DNA of 64,000 nucleotides from an uncultured Acidobacteriota bacterium. Lineage in GTDB: Bacteria > Acidobacteriota > UBA6911 > RPQK01 > JAPXNP01. The stretch covers positions 384,001 to 448,000 of the forward strand of contig CAVZRV010000010.1 of NCBI GenBank assembly GCA_963777605.1. The letters are read 5' to 3'. The translations under genes were made by a program, and so were the position numbers. Below are positions 45,910-57,563 of this stretch, one piece after another (the first letter of the stretch is position 1; every line of letters begins with the position of its first letter). The notes beneath the pieces were generated by a model that saw nothing but the letters and a program-made list of their open reading frames with translations, was not told where the DNA came from and made no database searches.

Positions 45910-45987
45910 GAATCGCGATACTGGGCTGGAACTTGAGTTTCATCCGTTGAATGATTCCCGCAGCGCGGAGAGTGGGGTTCATCTGAA

Positions 45988-48900
45988 TCACCGCGTCTTT
46001 CCATTGCCGTCGAGAACACTTCGGACATGTTCCGCCAGCGCTTCCATCGCAAACGGCTTCTGAATGAATTCGATACCGGGTTCGAGAATTCCCCTGCGTG
46101 CGATCACATCGGCCGTGTAGCCCGACATGTAGATAGTCTTTAACCGGGGACGAATCTCGCGCAGGCGCAGGTCGAGCTGCCTTCCATTCATCCCCGGCAT
46201 CACAACATCGGTCAGCAGCAGGTGGATTTCACCTGCGTACTCATGCACCAATCCGATCGCCTCGAGCGGGGTATGGGCGACCAGAACGCGATACCCGTGC
46301 TTCTCCAGAAACCTTTTCGCAAGCTTGAGGAGGACCTCCTCATCCTCGACAATCAGCACCGTCTCGCTTCCAGAGACATTTCTTCGGGGGTGTCCCTTTT
46401 CGTCCATCCCAACCTGTCCGCGGTAATGGGGCAGGTAGACCTCGAAGGAAGCCCCCTTACCGGGCTCACTGTGAACTCGAATCAGGCCGCCGTTCTGCTT
46501 CACAATTCCGTAGACCGTGGACAGGCCCAGGCCGGTCCCCTCTCCTTCCTTCTTCGTCGTGAAGAACGGCTCAAAAATGTGCTCGAGATGCGAGGGCTCG
46601 ATCCCCGCCCCGGAATCGGTCACCGTCAGCCTCACAAACTGGCCCTCTTGAACAGGGAAGTCTTTCCGGGAATCGGCATCATTCAGCCGACAGTTTGCCA
46701 TTTCAACAGCGATCGTACCGACGCCGTCGATGGCATCCCGGGCGTTGACGAGAAGGTTGGCCAAAATCTGATCCACCTGTGACGGATCAATCCACGTGTT
46801 CCAGAGGTCGGGTGCAGACCTGAAGTCGACGGAAATCTCCTCGCCGATCATCCGAGTCAGCATCGCTTTTCGATTGTGGATCAATTCGTCGAGGTTGACC
46901 GACTGTGGCTGAATCACCTGCTTTCGAGAAAAGGCCAGCAGTTGACGGGTCAGATCGACCGATCGTTGGGCAGCCCGGTCGATCTCCTGAAGGTCCTGTC
47001 CCAATTGGGACTCGGGATCGATGTCCGCCATGGCCACTTCCGTCACCCCGAGGATGACCGCCAGCATGTTGTTGAAATCATGGGCTACACCGCCGGCCAA
47101 CCGGCCGATTGCCTCCATCTTCTGGGCCTGTCTCAATTCCAACTCCATCTTTTCGTGGGCCTGCTGGATTCGAACCTGCTCGGAGATATCCTCCGAAAGC
47201 ACCAGTACTCCGGTCATTTCCCCCTCCCGGTTCTTCAGGGGAGTGACGCTTACTGAGAGAACACGGGTCCCTAAACCGGGGACCATCATCTGCAAACGAA
47301 CTCCCGAGACCGGGGCTCCAGTTGCCAGGACTCGGGTAATCGGACGCTCCGCCGCCGGAAGCGGAGTGCCGTCAAGAGCCGTCAACTCCCAATCCAACTC
47401 GGCATATCGACGACCAATCAGTTCTCCCTCACCGCACCCCATCAGGCTCTCTATGACCTGGTTGGCAAAAGTGATCCGGCCGTCGAGATCCACCACGCCG
47501 ATTCCGATCGGGCTGGCTTCGGTGATCTCTTTGAGGAGGTTCCGTTCCGCGGAAAGCGCCTCCTCGGCCCGGTGCCAAAGGGTAATGTCCCGGACAATTC
47601 CTTCAAGACCGATCAACTCTCCGTCTCTCGTCAAAGACCGGAACACTTCGATTCTCAGTCCAGGTAATCGTTCCGTCCTTCCTGATCAGTCGAAGCACTA
47701 CCGGGCTTCCATCGACGTCGGTCCCGGCTTCCATGGCTTCGAGTAGGTGCAGATCATCGGGATGGACAATTCGGTCCAGAAGATCGGGATCGGAATAGAA
47801 GTCTTCCGGCAGATAGCCGGTAATCTCCCTCACCGCCGGGCTCAGGTACTCGAATCTGGACTCAGAACCGAACTGATAACGATAGATCAGGTCGGGAGCG
47901 TTTTCGGCAGCCGCCGATATCGCTCCTGTACCTTGTGCAACTCTGCTTGAGCCGCCTCCCTCTCAGTTATGTCGATGGTCACCGCTAGAAAGAGCCGATT
48001 CTCCGCGTGGTACGAAAGGTGCACTTCCACCGGGTATGATTCTCCGCTCTTTCTGCGGTGGACAGTGGTGAACTGAACCCTGTTCCGTTCGCCTTCGACC
48101 AGAGGTCGCAGCATTTCCCGATACTCCTCCTCGGATAGTCCGGGCTGCAATTCCACAGGAGTCATGCTGGCGAGTTCATCGAGTGAATAGCCCAGGCTCT
48201 CCTGGGCCCCTCGGCTCACCCTCGTGAAGCGGAGCGAATCCAGGTCAAAGACGCAGATTTCACTGCAGGAATGCTCCATGAGATCCAGAAGCAACTGCTG
48301 CTCCAGTTCGGCACGTTTTCTTTCCGTGATGTCGGTGTGCATTCCAAACATCAGCAGCGGGCGCCCATCGTCGTCCCACTCGAGTACCTTGCCCCGGTCA
48401 GTGACCCAGACCCAGTTTCCGTCCTTGCGCCGCATGCGATAATCGGACTCGAACGTCTCCAGCCTTCCTTCCAGATGACGGTCAAGGGTCTCTTGGACTC
48501 GGCTCATGTCTTCGGGGTGGACCAACTCTTCCCACGTTTTGATGCTCAAAGGCTTCAGGTCTTCAAGGGAGTAGCCCAACATCTCCGCCCAGCGACCGTC
48601 GAAGACAGTTTCACCGGTTTGAATATTCCACTCCCAAGTCCCGACATCGGTACCTTCGATAATATTGGAGAGTCTTTGCCGCTGGCGGATCAGCGCCGAA
48701 ACCACCCGCTTTCGTTCCGTAACATCCCGGACGAAGACAAAGAAGCGCCCTCCTTCTACGTCGTCGTGGGTGATGCTAACTTCGACATCGATATGCGAAC
48801 CGTTTTTGTGACGGAGCTTCGATTCGAACCGAGCCCACCAGTTTCCAATAACCGATCCCTTCTCTGAAATATCTGCTCCGGCGATTCGATCGCCTCAATA

Positions 48901-50018
48901 TCTGCAACGGACAACGACGCGAGTTCCTCCTGCGTATAACCGACCATTTGACAAAAAGCGCGGTTGACCTCCAACAGGCGGGTGTCGATTGACGTTGCAA
49001 GAAATCCTTCGTGCGCACCCTCCAACACCGCACCATGAATCTTTTCTTTCGACTTCCGGTCACTCGTGTCCCGAGTGTTGAAAACGACGGCGCGAATATC
49101 AGGATCACTGGTCAAGTTGGTCGCCACGGTCTCTACCCAGAGCCAACGTCCATCCTGGTGTCGGATCCGATGTTCGATGGTGTCCACAGCCCCAGCTGTT
49201 CTCGTCAGCCGAGCAAATTTCCTGCGAGCCTCCTCACGGTCGTCCGGGTGGGTGAAGCAATCGAAGTTCCTCTGCATCATCTCCTTCGGGCTGTACCCAA
49301 GAATGGGGCCAATCGATTCGCTGATGTAAATCACCCGGCCCTCGGAGTCGACCAGGGATGTGATTCCCCAGGCCCGTTCAAAAAGCCGGCGAAGCCAGCG
49401 CTCGTTCCGACGGGTCTCTTCGAATGCAACATGACGGGTCCGCTGGGAATCCAACAACTTTCCCATCAACATGGTCGCAACTGGATAGATCCCCAGGATG
49501 AGAGGTCCGATGCCCTCGAGGATCGACAACCGCACCCCCGACGGCAGAAACATGACGCATGCCACCATCGTGAAGTGAACGACCAAGCCAAAGCACCACA
49601 AGTCGAACCACCCGAACGCCCTGGTTGGTGAAAACCTAAGTCGTCGCCACGCGACACCCCATGCCGCTGACGTCAAAATCACCATTACGCCCATTGCGGC
49701 CCCGCTTCCACCATTCACAACGCGGAATGTGGCCGTAATCGCAGCCGCGATTACGGCAGGCAGTGCACCAAAGAACAGTCCGGTCGTGGACAAAAGTATC
49801 GAACGGGTATCAAAAAAGATCCCAGGGGCAAGACTCCAGGAGTTGAGCATCACTGCAACCCCTGTCAGGCCGAGTACAGAACCGAGGACTACCTCACTGG
49901 CACGACTGACAGGCTTCTTGGGAAGCGGACTGAATGAATACAGGACTACGAGAGTCACCAGAAAGGCAGCGTTGTTAATTATGCCCAGAGCTGCTTCAAA
50001 CGTCATACTCGGCTCCAA
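45988..50018 (-). CDS. Hybrid sensor kinase (5TM-LytS-type membrane domain, multiple PAS, HisKA/HATPase, receiver), split by 3 frameshifts
   Basis: FFDTRS LytS motif, PAS repeats, [28 protein letters not shown]; frame breaks near 48833, 47910, 47627. Confidence 0.85.
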
Positions 50019-50273
50019 GTGTGACGGAAATGCATGGGATAAAACGACCGCAAAATCCCAAATCTCCGCACCCTCAAGAGGCTGCGGGCTCCCAGTGCCG
50101 GAGAGTTGTCTACCTCAAACCCGACACTTGCACCGAAACGTACGGGTGAACGGACTTGCAGTCAAGCACTCCCTACCAACCAACCGTTCACTGTGCCTGA
50201 GAAATCGGGAGAATCACGCAAAAACTTGAGATTCAAGTCAGCGGCTCAATCGTGGACTGAGCGCTGATGCCAC

Positions 50274-52769
50274 TCAGATTGGAAACCGCCGCCGGCCGGC
50301 AGCCTTAGTCAGCACTTCCTCCACACTGACCAGGAGATCGGTTGACTTGAACGGCTTGCGGAGAAAACGCGACCCTTCAACCCGGGACACCTTCATCTCC
50401 ACGTCAACGTCGCCTGAGATGAACAGAATCGGCAATTCAGGACGACGATTACGGATGTCCACAGCAAGAGCGACTCCGTTTCCGTCAGGCAGGTGAATGT
50501 CAGTGATCAGAAGGTTGAAGGAGAACCCGTGGGCCATGACCCGCTGAGCTTCTGCGACTGTCTCCACCATCTGGACCCCGTAGCCCGATCGAGAAAGGAT
50601 CTTGGAGGTGACACTGCGAACTCGCGCATCGTCTTCCACGAGCAGAATTGAAACCGCGCCGGGAATCAACTCCTCGGGCTGAAACCCCTCGGCCAAGGAA
50701 ACCAGATTGAGAGGAAAAGCAATCCGAAATGTGGTGCCATTGCCGGGTTCCGATTCGACATCAATGCGACCCTGGTGTCGCTGAACAATCGCGTAGACGG
50801 TCGAGAGTCCCAAGCCGGTTCCCCGCCCCCGCTCCTTGGTAGTGAAGAACGGATCGAAGATCTGCTTGAGGACCTCGTCGTCCATACCGGTACCAGTATC
50901 CCGAACTTCGATTTCCAGCATCCGGCCGGCGTCATCCTGACCGGGCTTAATGCCTGACGGAACATCACCCAGATTTCTGGTCGTGACAACAATCTGCCCA
51001 CCGTCCGGCATGGCATCGCGAGCGTTCAAGAGGAGATTCATCATGACCTGCTCAATCTGAGTCGAATCCCCCAGGATGCGGTCCTGCTCGGCACCGCGCA
51101 CGACTTCAATCTCGATGTCATCTTCCATCATGCGCGAGACCATCCGCACCATACCCGTGAGCAGTTCGTGAACCTCGATCTCTCCGAATTCCCTGTCCTC
51201 CTGCCGTCCGAAGAGCAGGAGCTTCCGGGTCAGGTCGCCGCCCTTGAGCGCACACTGGCGAATCTCCTTGAGGCTCTCTGCACGTTCCGGCGCTTCCTTG
51301 GCCCAGGAACCGCTCAGATCGATCTCAGCTGTCCAGAGGATTGCGGTCAGGACATTGTTGAAGTCGTGTGCGATTCCACTGGCAAACCGCCCCACCGCTT
51401 CCATTTTCTGAGATTGGAAGAGCTGTTTTTCGAGCAACCGAACTTCCGTCACGTCACGAACGACTCCGTAAATGAGTTGCTCCGACACGGAGGGATAAAC
51501 ATTCCATACGAGGCGGCGGACAGAGCCATCCCTGCACATGCATCGATTCTCAAACCCGAAGACCGGCTGGCCCGACTGGAGTTCGCGGCTCACTCGCGAT
51601 GTTTCTCCTCGGTCTTCCGGGTCAATGAATTCGAGCCAGGGGCGGCTCGTCAATTCCGCCTCCGACCAGCCCAGCGTCTTTGACCAAGCCGGGTTGACCT
51701 CACGCAGCACCCCGTCGAACCCGGCAATGCAGAGAAGGTCCAGTGATTGCTCGAAGAAACGGTTCCGCTGGTCTTCCAGCCGTCGCTGCTCGGTCAGATC
51801 GATCCCGATCCCGATTCCACTCCCGTCCGAGAGCCGAAGATTCGCCCACGAGGTCCTCAAGAGCCTCCCGTCTTTTCTTCGAGTCAGAAAGTCAGCCCAG
51901 CTGCCGTCGGCTGTCTCGATGTGTCTCATGACCCGGGCCCGTTCATCGAATTCCGGATAGCATTCCGCGAACAAGTCGATCGCTTCGATCTCCTCCCGGG
52001 ACCACCCAAGGGTTTCGATCCACCCCCGGTTGACCCACTTGAGCCGGCCCGAAAAATCGAAAAAGCCGGTCATCACCGGCGCATTGTCAAGGATCGCGAG
52101 CATCGTTTCATTGAGGGCGGACAGTTCCTCCATCTGCTCCCGGAGTTGCCTATTCTGTCGGTGCCGATCAGTAACATCGCGGATAAATCCCTCCAAAATC
52201 GGGACCCCGTTGACGTTCCCCGTCACTCGGCTCCGCTCGAACACATGCCGGACGACGCCGTCTTTGCGCCGGATACGATAGCCCACCTCGAACCGCCCGG
52301 AACCGGCGACCGCCTTCGCTACATTGCTGCGGACTTTCTCGCAGTCCTCCGGCGCGATCAGGCGCCCAAATGAGACCGAACGGCCATCGAGCCATTCCGC
52401 CGGACTGTAGCCGGTCAGCGACTCTGCCTCGGAACTGACGTAGAGCATGGTGCAGGCCTGATCGTGCAAACAGCGGTAGACCATCCCGGGGACGTTCTCG
52501 ACCAGGTTCTGATAATGCTCAGTTGCTTCGGACAACTCCCTCTCTTTTCGATGGCGGAGAGACAGGTTCCGGTACATTGAGTAGCTGAGGATGATTGAGG
52601 TAGCCAGCACGAAAAACAGACCCTTAACAGTCTGCCAGACCCCGGCGAGGTGGGGTGACGAACCGACCAGGATCTGTACGGCCCAGTCGGATACATATAT
52701 CCATGCTCCCGCCACGACCGCGTAAGGCCCGACTATGCGAAGGACCTCAAGTCCTATGTTCCTGCGCAC
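50274..52769 (-). CDS. PAS-domain hybrid sensor histidine kinase/receiver
   Basis: 2 TM, 3 [32 protein letters not shown]. Confidence 0.93.
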   Translation of the reverse strand: MRRNIGLEVLRIVGPYAVVAGAWIYVSDWAVQILVGSSPHLAGVWQTVKGLFFVLATSIILSYSMYRNLSLRHRKERELSEATEHYQNLVENVPGMVYRCLHDQACTMLYVSSEAESLTGYSPAEWLDGRSVSFGRLIAPEDCEKVRSNVAKAVAGSGRFEVGYRIRRKDGVVRHVFERSRVTGNVNGVPILEGFIRDVTDRHRQNRQLREQMEELSALNETMLAILDNAPVMTGFFDFSGRLKWVNRGWIETLGWSREEIEAIDLFAECYPEFDERARVMRHIETADGSWADFLTRRKDGRLLRTSWANLRLSDGSGIGIGIDLTEQRRLEDQRNRFFEQSLDLLCIAGFDGVLREVNPAWSKTLGWSEAELTSRPWLEFIDPEDRGETSRVSRELQSGQPVFGFENRCMCRDGSVRRLVWNVYPSVSEQLIYGVVRDVTEVRLLEKQLFQSQKMEAVGRFASGIAHDFNNVLTAILWTAEIDLSGSWAKEAPERAESLKEIRQCALKGGDLTRKLLLFGRQEDREFGEIEVHELLTGMVRMVSRMMEDDIEIEVVRGAEQDRILGDSTQIEQVMMNLLLNARDAMPDGGQIVVTTRNLGDVPSGIKPGQDDAGRMLEIEVRDTGTGMDDEVLKQIFDPFFTTKERGRGTGLGLSTVYAIVQRHQGRIDVESEPGNGTTFRIAFPLNLVSLAEGFQPEELIPGAVSILLVEDDARVRSVTSKILSRSGYGVQMVETVAEAQRVMAHGFSFNLLITDIHLPDGNGVALAVDIRNRRPELPILFISGDVDVEMKVSRVEGSRFLRKPFKSTDLLVSVEEVLTKAAGRRRFPI

Positions 52770-53094
52770 GCTCCCTCGACATTTCTTCCAAGCCGGACTC
52801 TTGCCCTTTTGACCGACAAATCCAAACGACTCAATTCCATTCGAGGAACCCGAGACCTGGCACCCCCCGGGCCCGGAATCCGTTACTCGATCGAAGCAGA
52901 ATGCAGGCTCACCAAGCTTTTGATCTTAGCAGATCAAATAAATTCCACAAAATGCAAACACTTACACCCAGATTTGCGAGGTTCACCCATGTGATCGGGG
53001 GACTTCTCATTCAATTCCGATAAAATTAAAGCCAGCCGAAGGAGGCCAAACTGAGAGGCAACTGAGAAGGAACGACCACCGGGCCGGCAGCGAT

Positions 53095-53739
53095 ATGAAA
53101 TACGCAGTGAAGGAGCTTTATTACACCCTCCAGGGAGAAGGGGCACAGGCAGGCCGGCCCGCCATATTTTGCCGGTTCTCCGGGTGCAATCTCTGGTCGG
53201 GCCGGGAATCGGACCGCGCCTCAGCGGTTTGCAGTTTCTGTGACACCGACTTTGTCGGAACGGACGGCCCGGGCGGAGGCAAGTTCGAGAGTGCTGATGC
53301 GCTGGCAAGCGCAATCGCCTTGCTCTGGCCGGTCTCCCTCCCTGCCGGACCCTCTTCACGATTTGTCGTTTGCACCGGGGGAGAGCCACTCCTGCAACTT
53401 GATCTCCAACTGGTCAGTTCCCTTCACCGAGAAGGGTTCGAGGTTGCCGTGGAAACCAACGGAACCCGCCTTCCTCCGCCGGGGCTCGACTGGATCTGTG
53501 TCAGCCCGAAAGCCGGGTCCGACCTCGCACTCCGGCAAGGAAACGAACTCAAGCTGGTCTTTCCGCAACCGAAATTGTTGCCGGAGTCGGTTGAGGGACT
53601 GGACTTCGATCACTTCTACCTTCAACCAATGGACGGCCCTGGCCGCGTCGAGAACACACGACTGGCGGTTGAATATGTCCTGGCTCATCCGCGGTGGAAA
53701 CTCAGCCTGCAGACCCACAAATTCCTGGGCATTCCCTGA
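53095..53739 (+). CDS. queE: 7-carboxy-7-deazaguanine synthase, Cx14CxxC variant
   Basis: TLQGEG, CNLWSGRESDRASAVCSFC, TGGEPLLQ, ETNGT, SLQTHK. Confidence 0.95.
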   Translation: MKYAVKELYYTLQGEGAQAGRPAIFCRFSGCNLWSGRESDRASAVCSFCDTDFVGTDGPGGGKFESADALASAIALLWPVSLPAGPSSRFVVCTGGEPLLQLDLQLVSSLHREGFEVAVETNGTRLPPPGLDWICVSPKAGSDLALRQGNELKLVFPQPKLLPESVEGLDFDHFYLQPMDGPGRVENTRLAVEYVLAHPRWKLSLQTHKFLGIP

Positions 53740-53776
53740 GTCCCCGGTCAGGCCAACCCGCGAGCGCGACCAACCG

Positions 53777-54475
53777 TCAGGCAAATTGTTTGCCCCAGAA
53801 CTCCAGGATCTCCGTCATTAGCACGTTTCCTTGCCGGAAATCCCCCCCGGGTTCGAGAATCGTCTCAGCGCTCTGGATCCACCTTCCGGGAGCCAGTTCG
53901 TTGCGGCAGTTTTCGACCAGCATTGAGGCACCGGGCGGCGTCATCTCGGGATGGAACTGCAATCCCAGGACCCGTTCTCCAATTGCAAACGCCTGGTTCC
54001 GACAGACGCGGCTCTGGGCGAGGCGAACGGCACCGGGCGGAAGATCGAATGTCTCCCCGTGCCAGTGAAAAGCCTCAAACGGTTCGCGAAAGATCGCCGA
54101 GAAAGCCGAGCCTTCCGCTTCCACGACAGGCTCAACCCGGAACCAGCCGATCTCCTTCTCACCATTCGGATAGACGGCGCTTCCCTGCGATGCCGCGATC
54201 AACTGGGCGCCCAGGCAGATTCCAAGAACCACCTTCGAGTCCTGGACGCTGGCTTGAATGAGTTGTTTCTCTTCGACCAGCCAGGGATACGAAGCCTCGT
54301 CGTTCGCGCTCATGGGCCCGCCCATCACGATCAGCCAGTCAAAATCGGAGACCTCGGGAAGAGTACCGGAGCGGAAAAGCTCGGTTGAGGCCAAAGATGC
54401 CGACCGGACGTCGAGCCACGAACGAATGCAGCCCAGCCCCTCGAAGGGAACATGTTGCAGGTAGTGCACGCGCAT
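53777..54475 (-). CDS. Type 1 glutamine amidotransferase (GMP-synthase-like)
   Basis: LQHVPFEG, GICLGAQL, QFHPE triad motifs. Confidence 0.92.
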   Translation of the reverse strand: MRVHYLQHVPFEGLGCIRSWLDVRSASLASTELFRSGTLPEVSDFDWLIVMGGPMSANDEASYPWLVEEKQLIQASVQDSKVVLGICLGAQLIAASQGSAVYPNGEKEIGWFRVEPVVEAEGSAFSAIFREPFEAFHWHGETFDLPPGAVRLAQSRVCRNQAFAIGERVLGLQFHPEMTPPGASMLVENCRNELAPGRWIQSAETILEPGGDFRQGNVLMTEILEFWGKQFA

Positions 54476-54522
54476 AAACACCCTCCTGGTGCCCGATCCG
54501 GTGGAGCCGACAGCATAGCATC

Positions 54523-55869
54523 TCACCTGGGCTCGACGAACTGGGAGCAGGGTTCGGGGCTGGAACGACAGGGAGGAGCGTTCAGAAAGAGTTCAGCAAT
54601 GCGGGGGTCATTGGCGTTTGGTGATTCGGAAAACTTCACAATATGCCCGAGTTGCTCGAGCATCTCGGGCGCAAACGGTTCCGAAAGCGAACCCGCGAGA
54701 AAGTGCTGGTGATAACTTCTTCGGAACTCGTCGTCCGGTTGGACCGCCAGGAGATTGAGTCCGCGATCGAACGTGTAAAAAACGCCAAAGCCGTAACCGT
54801 GCGTGCCTCCCACGTTAACAATCACCGCGTCGTCGGACGTACTCCAGACGGAGGTCACGAGTGACTGAAAACCGAGACGATCCTTGACGGCTGGCCGCGG
54901 AAACAGGAGATAGGAGAGGGTTGTCATTGAGGGCCGGCCAAAGATGTCCCGGCTCCTGGGAGGCGGTGCCATGAACGGAACGTCGAGTAGAACGACCGCG
55001 GGGTAACCCGGCCCCGGACCAGGGTTATTGATTCCACCAAGCAGGAGTTCATCGCTCCCGTCGCCATCGAAATCCGAGGCCAGGTAAGTGGTAAAGTGGC
55101 CCGGATGGCAATAGTCGCCAACCACCGTGCCGTCCTCGGGGTCAACGACCATGACCCGGGACGCAAATCGGGGGATGTTGACGACTGAGACGAAGACCCG
55201 GGTCCGAGTTCCACTTCTGAGGAGACCCGAAAGTCTCGGTGAGTACGTGTTGGAAAGGCCAACGCCGTCCCAGTCCAGCGCCACCGAAAGCTCGGTCGCC
55301 CAGCGCAGGTGACCCTCAAAATCGAGTCCAACCAGGTGGGAATGCATGCCGATATCGGTGAGGATCATCACGATCCGGCCGGGCGTGTCATCCGAGTCGC
55401 CTCCCAGAACGAAGTACCACGACGTCGAAGCGGGGACTCCCGTCCGGTAGAAGCCGAGATTCAGGTCCGGCACCGAGTACCTCCACAGCACCTTCCGCTC
55501 CCTGTCCAACCCAAGGACCGCTCCACTCTCGAGTGCGAGGACCACCGGCGCTGATGGTCCGGAGCGGGTCTGCAAGGCAAAGAACGCCGAAATCACGACT
55601 GCGACCGCGATGATCAGAGCAACAACACGGACCCGTCTCAGTCGCTTCCGTCCAACTGTCCGCTGTCGTGGAGGCGGCTCCGCCTTCTTTGACGATCTTC
55701 TCCTGCTCCAGGTCTCAATTTCATCTACATAGGCGAAGACCGTGCTGTTTTCCGAGAAGCGATGTACCGGGAGCCCTTCGTCCCGCTCCAGCTTCTGGGC
55801 AGTCCGAAGAGAAATCCCGAGGTGCTCAGAAATCTCCTTCCAGGTGGTCAGGCGACGACGGTGATCCAT
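54523..55869 (-). CDS. Membrane-anchored DNA-binding protein (N-terminal HTH, TM, extracytoplasmic beta-propeller)
   Basis: WKEISEHLGISLRTAQKLE..GLPVHR HTH; single TM; DFDGDGSDEL FG-GAP-like motif. Confidence 0.7.
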   Translation of the reverse strand: MDHRRRLTTWKEISEHLGISLRTAQKLERDEGLPVHRFSENSTVFAYVDEIETWSRRRSSKKAEPPPRQRTVGRKRLRRVRVVALIIAVAVVISAFFALQTRSGPSAPVVLALESGAVLGLDRERKVLWRYSVPDLNLGFYRTGVPASTSWYFVLGGDSDDTPGRIVMILTDIGMHSHLVGLDFEGHLRWATELSVALDWDGVGLSNTYSPRLSGLLRSGTRTRVFVSVVNIPRFASRVMVVDPEDGTVVGDYCHPGHFTTYLASDFDGDGSDELLLGGINNPGPGPGYPAVVLLDVPFMAPPPRSRDIFGRPSMTTLSYLLFPRPAVKDRLGFQSLVTSVWSTSDDAVIVNVGGTHGYGFGVFYTFDRGLNLLAVQPDDEFRRSYHQHFLAGSLSEPFAPEMLEQLGHIVKFSESPNANDPRIAELFLNAPPCRSSPEPCSQFVEPR

Positions 55870-56031
55870 TCGATGGTCTCAGTCTGAAGGACAAATGATG
55901 CAGGTTCAAGCCCCGCTATTGGTGATTGGTAGAACCGGAGCGATTCCTCCAGCAAACTCTGCTTGAGGTCCCAAAATGCTACGATAAAGGGACTCAGAAC
56001 AAATCTCTTTCTTTCTTAAAAGGAGGCTTCT

Positions 56032-56541
56032 ATGAAGATTGCCAATGTGCTCTTGAGTTCACTTCTGTTTTGCTGTCTGGCCGTGTCGGTGTTCCCCCAG
56101 GGGGACCGTGGCAAGGCCGAACTGAAGGTTTCCGGGGGCAGCGTCTCGGTTGACTATGGCCGCCCCAGTCTTCAGGGTCGAGACATGCTGTCCAAGCTTC
56201 AGGCGGGCAATGCCTGGCGCATGGGCATGAACCAGGCGACGACCCTGACGACTCCGGTTGACCTGACCTTCGGTTCCGTCAAGATCGCCAAGGGAAGCTA
56301 CAGCCTGTTCCTGCTCAAGACCGGTGCCGACAGTTATCAGCTGGTCTTTAACTCCCAGACCGGTCAGTGGGGCACGCAGCATGACACGACCAAAGACATC
56401 GCCAAGGTGGACATGAAGAAGGCCGACTTGTCGAGTCCCGTGGAGACGTTCACAATTGACTTGAAGAGTTCGGCCGGAGGAGGGACTTTTGTCATGACCT
56501 GGGGCAAGCTGGAATTGTCAGCCCAGTTCAAGGCAAGTTAG
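56032..56541 (+). CDS. DUF2911 domain exported protein
   Basis: YGRPS, WRMGMNQAT, GSYSLF, QWG motifs; AGGAGG RBS. Confidence 0.88.
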   Translation: MKIANVLLSSLLFCCLAVSVFPQGDRGKAELKVSGGSVSVDYGRPSLQGRDMLSKLQAGNAWRMGMNQATTLTTPVDLTFGSVKIAKGSYSLFLLKTGADSYQLVFNSQTGQWGTQHDTTKDIAKVDMKKADLSSPVETFTIDLKSSAGGGTFVMTWGKLELSAQFKAS

Positions 56542-56620
56542 TTTCGACTGAAGGCTTGAAGGAGTTCGAGAGCCAGTTGGACTTCACCGGCTCTCGCAGA
56601 AATATGAAGAAGGAAAGAAC

Positions 56621-57022
56621 GTGAGAAAGCAGAACCCACTACTCGCAGGAACGCTGATACTCTTTCTACTCACCATTTGCTGCGGCCAGAGCTTCGCGGC
56701 CGGTCGGCACGTTGTCTCAACGGACGAATTGCGAACTGCAGCGCAGTCGCTGGCGGCCGACCGGCAGGCCAAGCTCGAGAGCATCGATTCCTTCTTGCGC
56801 TCGCCCGAGGTGGTGAAAGCGCTCAAGGGGCAGTCTTTGCCGCTTGAGCAGGTCCGCGAGGCGGTTCCATTCCTCAGCAATGCGGAACTTTCCCAACTTG
56901 CCGAGCAATCTAAGCTGATCCAGCACGACATCCAGGCCGGTGCCCTGAATAACCAGCAGATCACCTATATCCTGATCGCGCTGATCACGGCCGTAGTAGT
57001 GTTGATTCTGACCGCGGACTGA
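56621..57022 (+). CDS. PA2779-like protein (signal peptide, helical body, AGA motif, C-terminal hydrophobic helix)
   Basis: FLRSPEV...LSNAELSQLA...AGA then ITYILIALITAVVVLIL. Confidence 0.75.
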   Translation: MRKQNPLLAGTLILFLLTICCGQSFAAGRHVVSTDELRTAAQSLAADRQAKLESIDSFLRSPEVVKALKGQSLPLEQVREAVPFLSNAELSQLAEQSKLIQHDIQAGALNNQQITYILIALITAVVVLILTAD

Positions 57023-57029
57023 TATTGCC

Positions 57030-57563
57030 GTGACCGGATTCTTGCTGCTCTGCACGATGCTGCTGAACGCGGCACCCCTGGAAAGGGGGGCGTGGATCGA
57101 TGTGCCTTTTGTGCAGCAGGGCCAGAATGGATGCGGTGCAGCCTCGGCCCTCATGGTCTATCGCTATTGGTCCGAGAAGTTCCCCGAACTGGCGCGACAG
57201 GCAGAAGGGCTCGAAGAGGCGGAGGGCCTCCTCCAACCGGACCTGCAGGCAGGCATCACCGGGTCAACCCTGGAGGCCTTCTTCAAGGGTACAGGGTTCC
57301 AGACGTTTGTTTTCGAGGGGGCGTGGAAGGACCTGGACACGCACATTCGAAAAGGACGCCCCCTCATCGTCTCGATCGACGGCGGAGGTTCCACCGTCCC
57401 ATTGCATTTTGTCGTGGTTTGCGGTGTCGATCCTGAAAACAACCTCGTCTTTTTGAACGATCCCGCTCGGAAAAAGCTGCTCAGTCTTCACCGGGCCGAC
57501 TTCGAGAAACGCTGGCTGAAATCACAGAACTGGACGCTTCTGGTAGTTCCTCAACCCGGCTAA
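57030..57563 (+). CDS. Stand-alone C39-like cysteine peptidase (PA2778-like)
   Basis: VPFVQQGQNGCGAAS (Gln/Cys), HFVVV (His), NDPA (Asp). Confidence 0.88.
   Translation: MTGFLLLCTMLLNAAPLERGAWIDVPFVQQGQNGCGAASALMVYRYWSEKFPELARQAEGLEEAEGLLQPDLQAGITGSTLEAFFKGTGFQTFVFEGAWKDLDTHIRKGRPLIVSIDGGGSTVPLHFVVVCGVDPENNLVFLNDPARKKLLSLHRADFEKRWLKSQNWTLLVVPQPG

Noticed and set aside
52975-53035. preQ1 riboswitch upstream of queE
   Set aside because: GAGGTTC and an A-rich tail are present, but the closing stem and compact spacing do not fit
53095-54475. 7-deazaguanine DNA-modification (dpd) cluster or Gat-QueC
   Set aside because: queE and the amidotransferase are convergent; no dpdA, queC or queD nearby; tgt is the canonical tRNA enzyme in its usual operon
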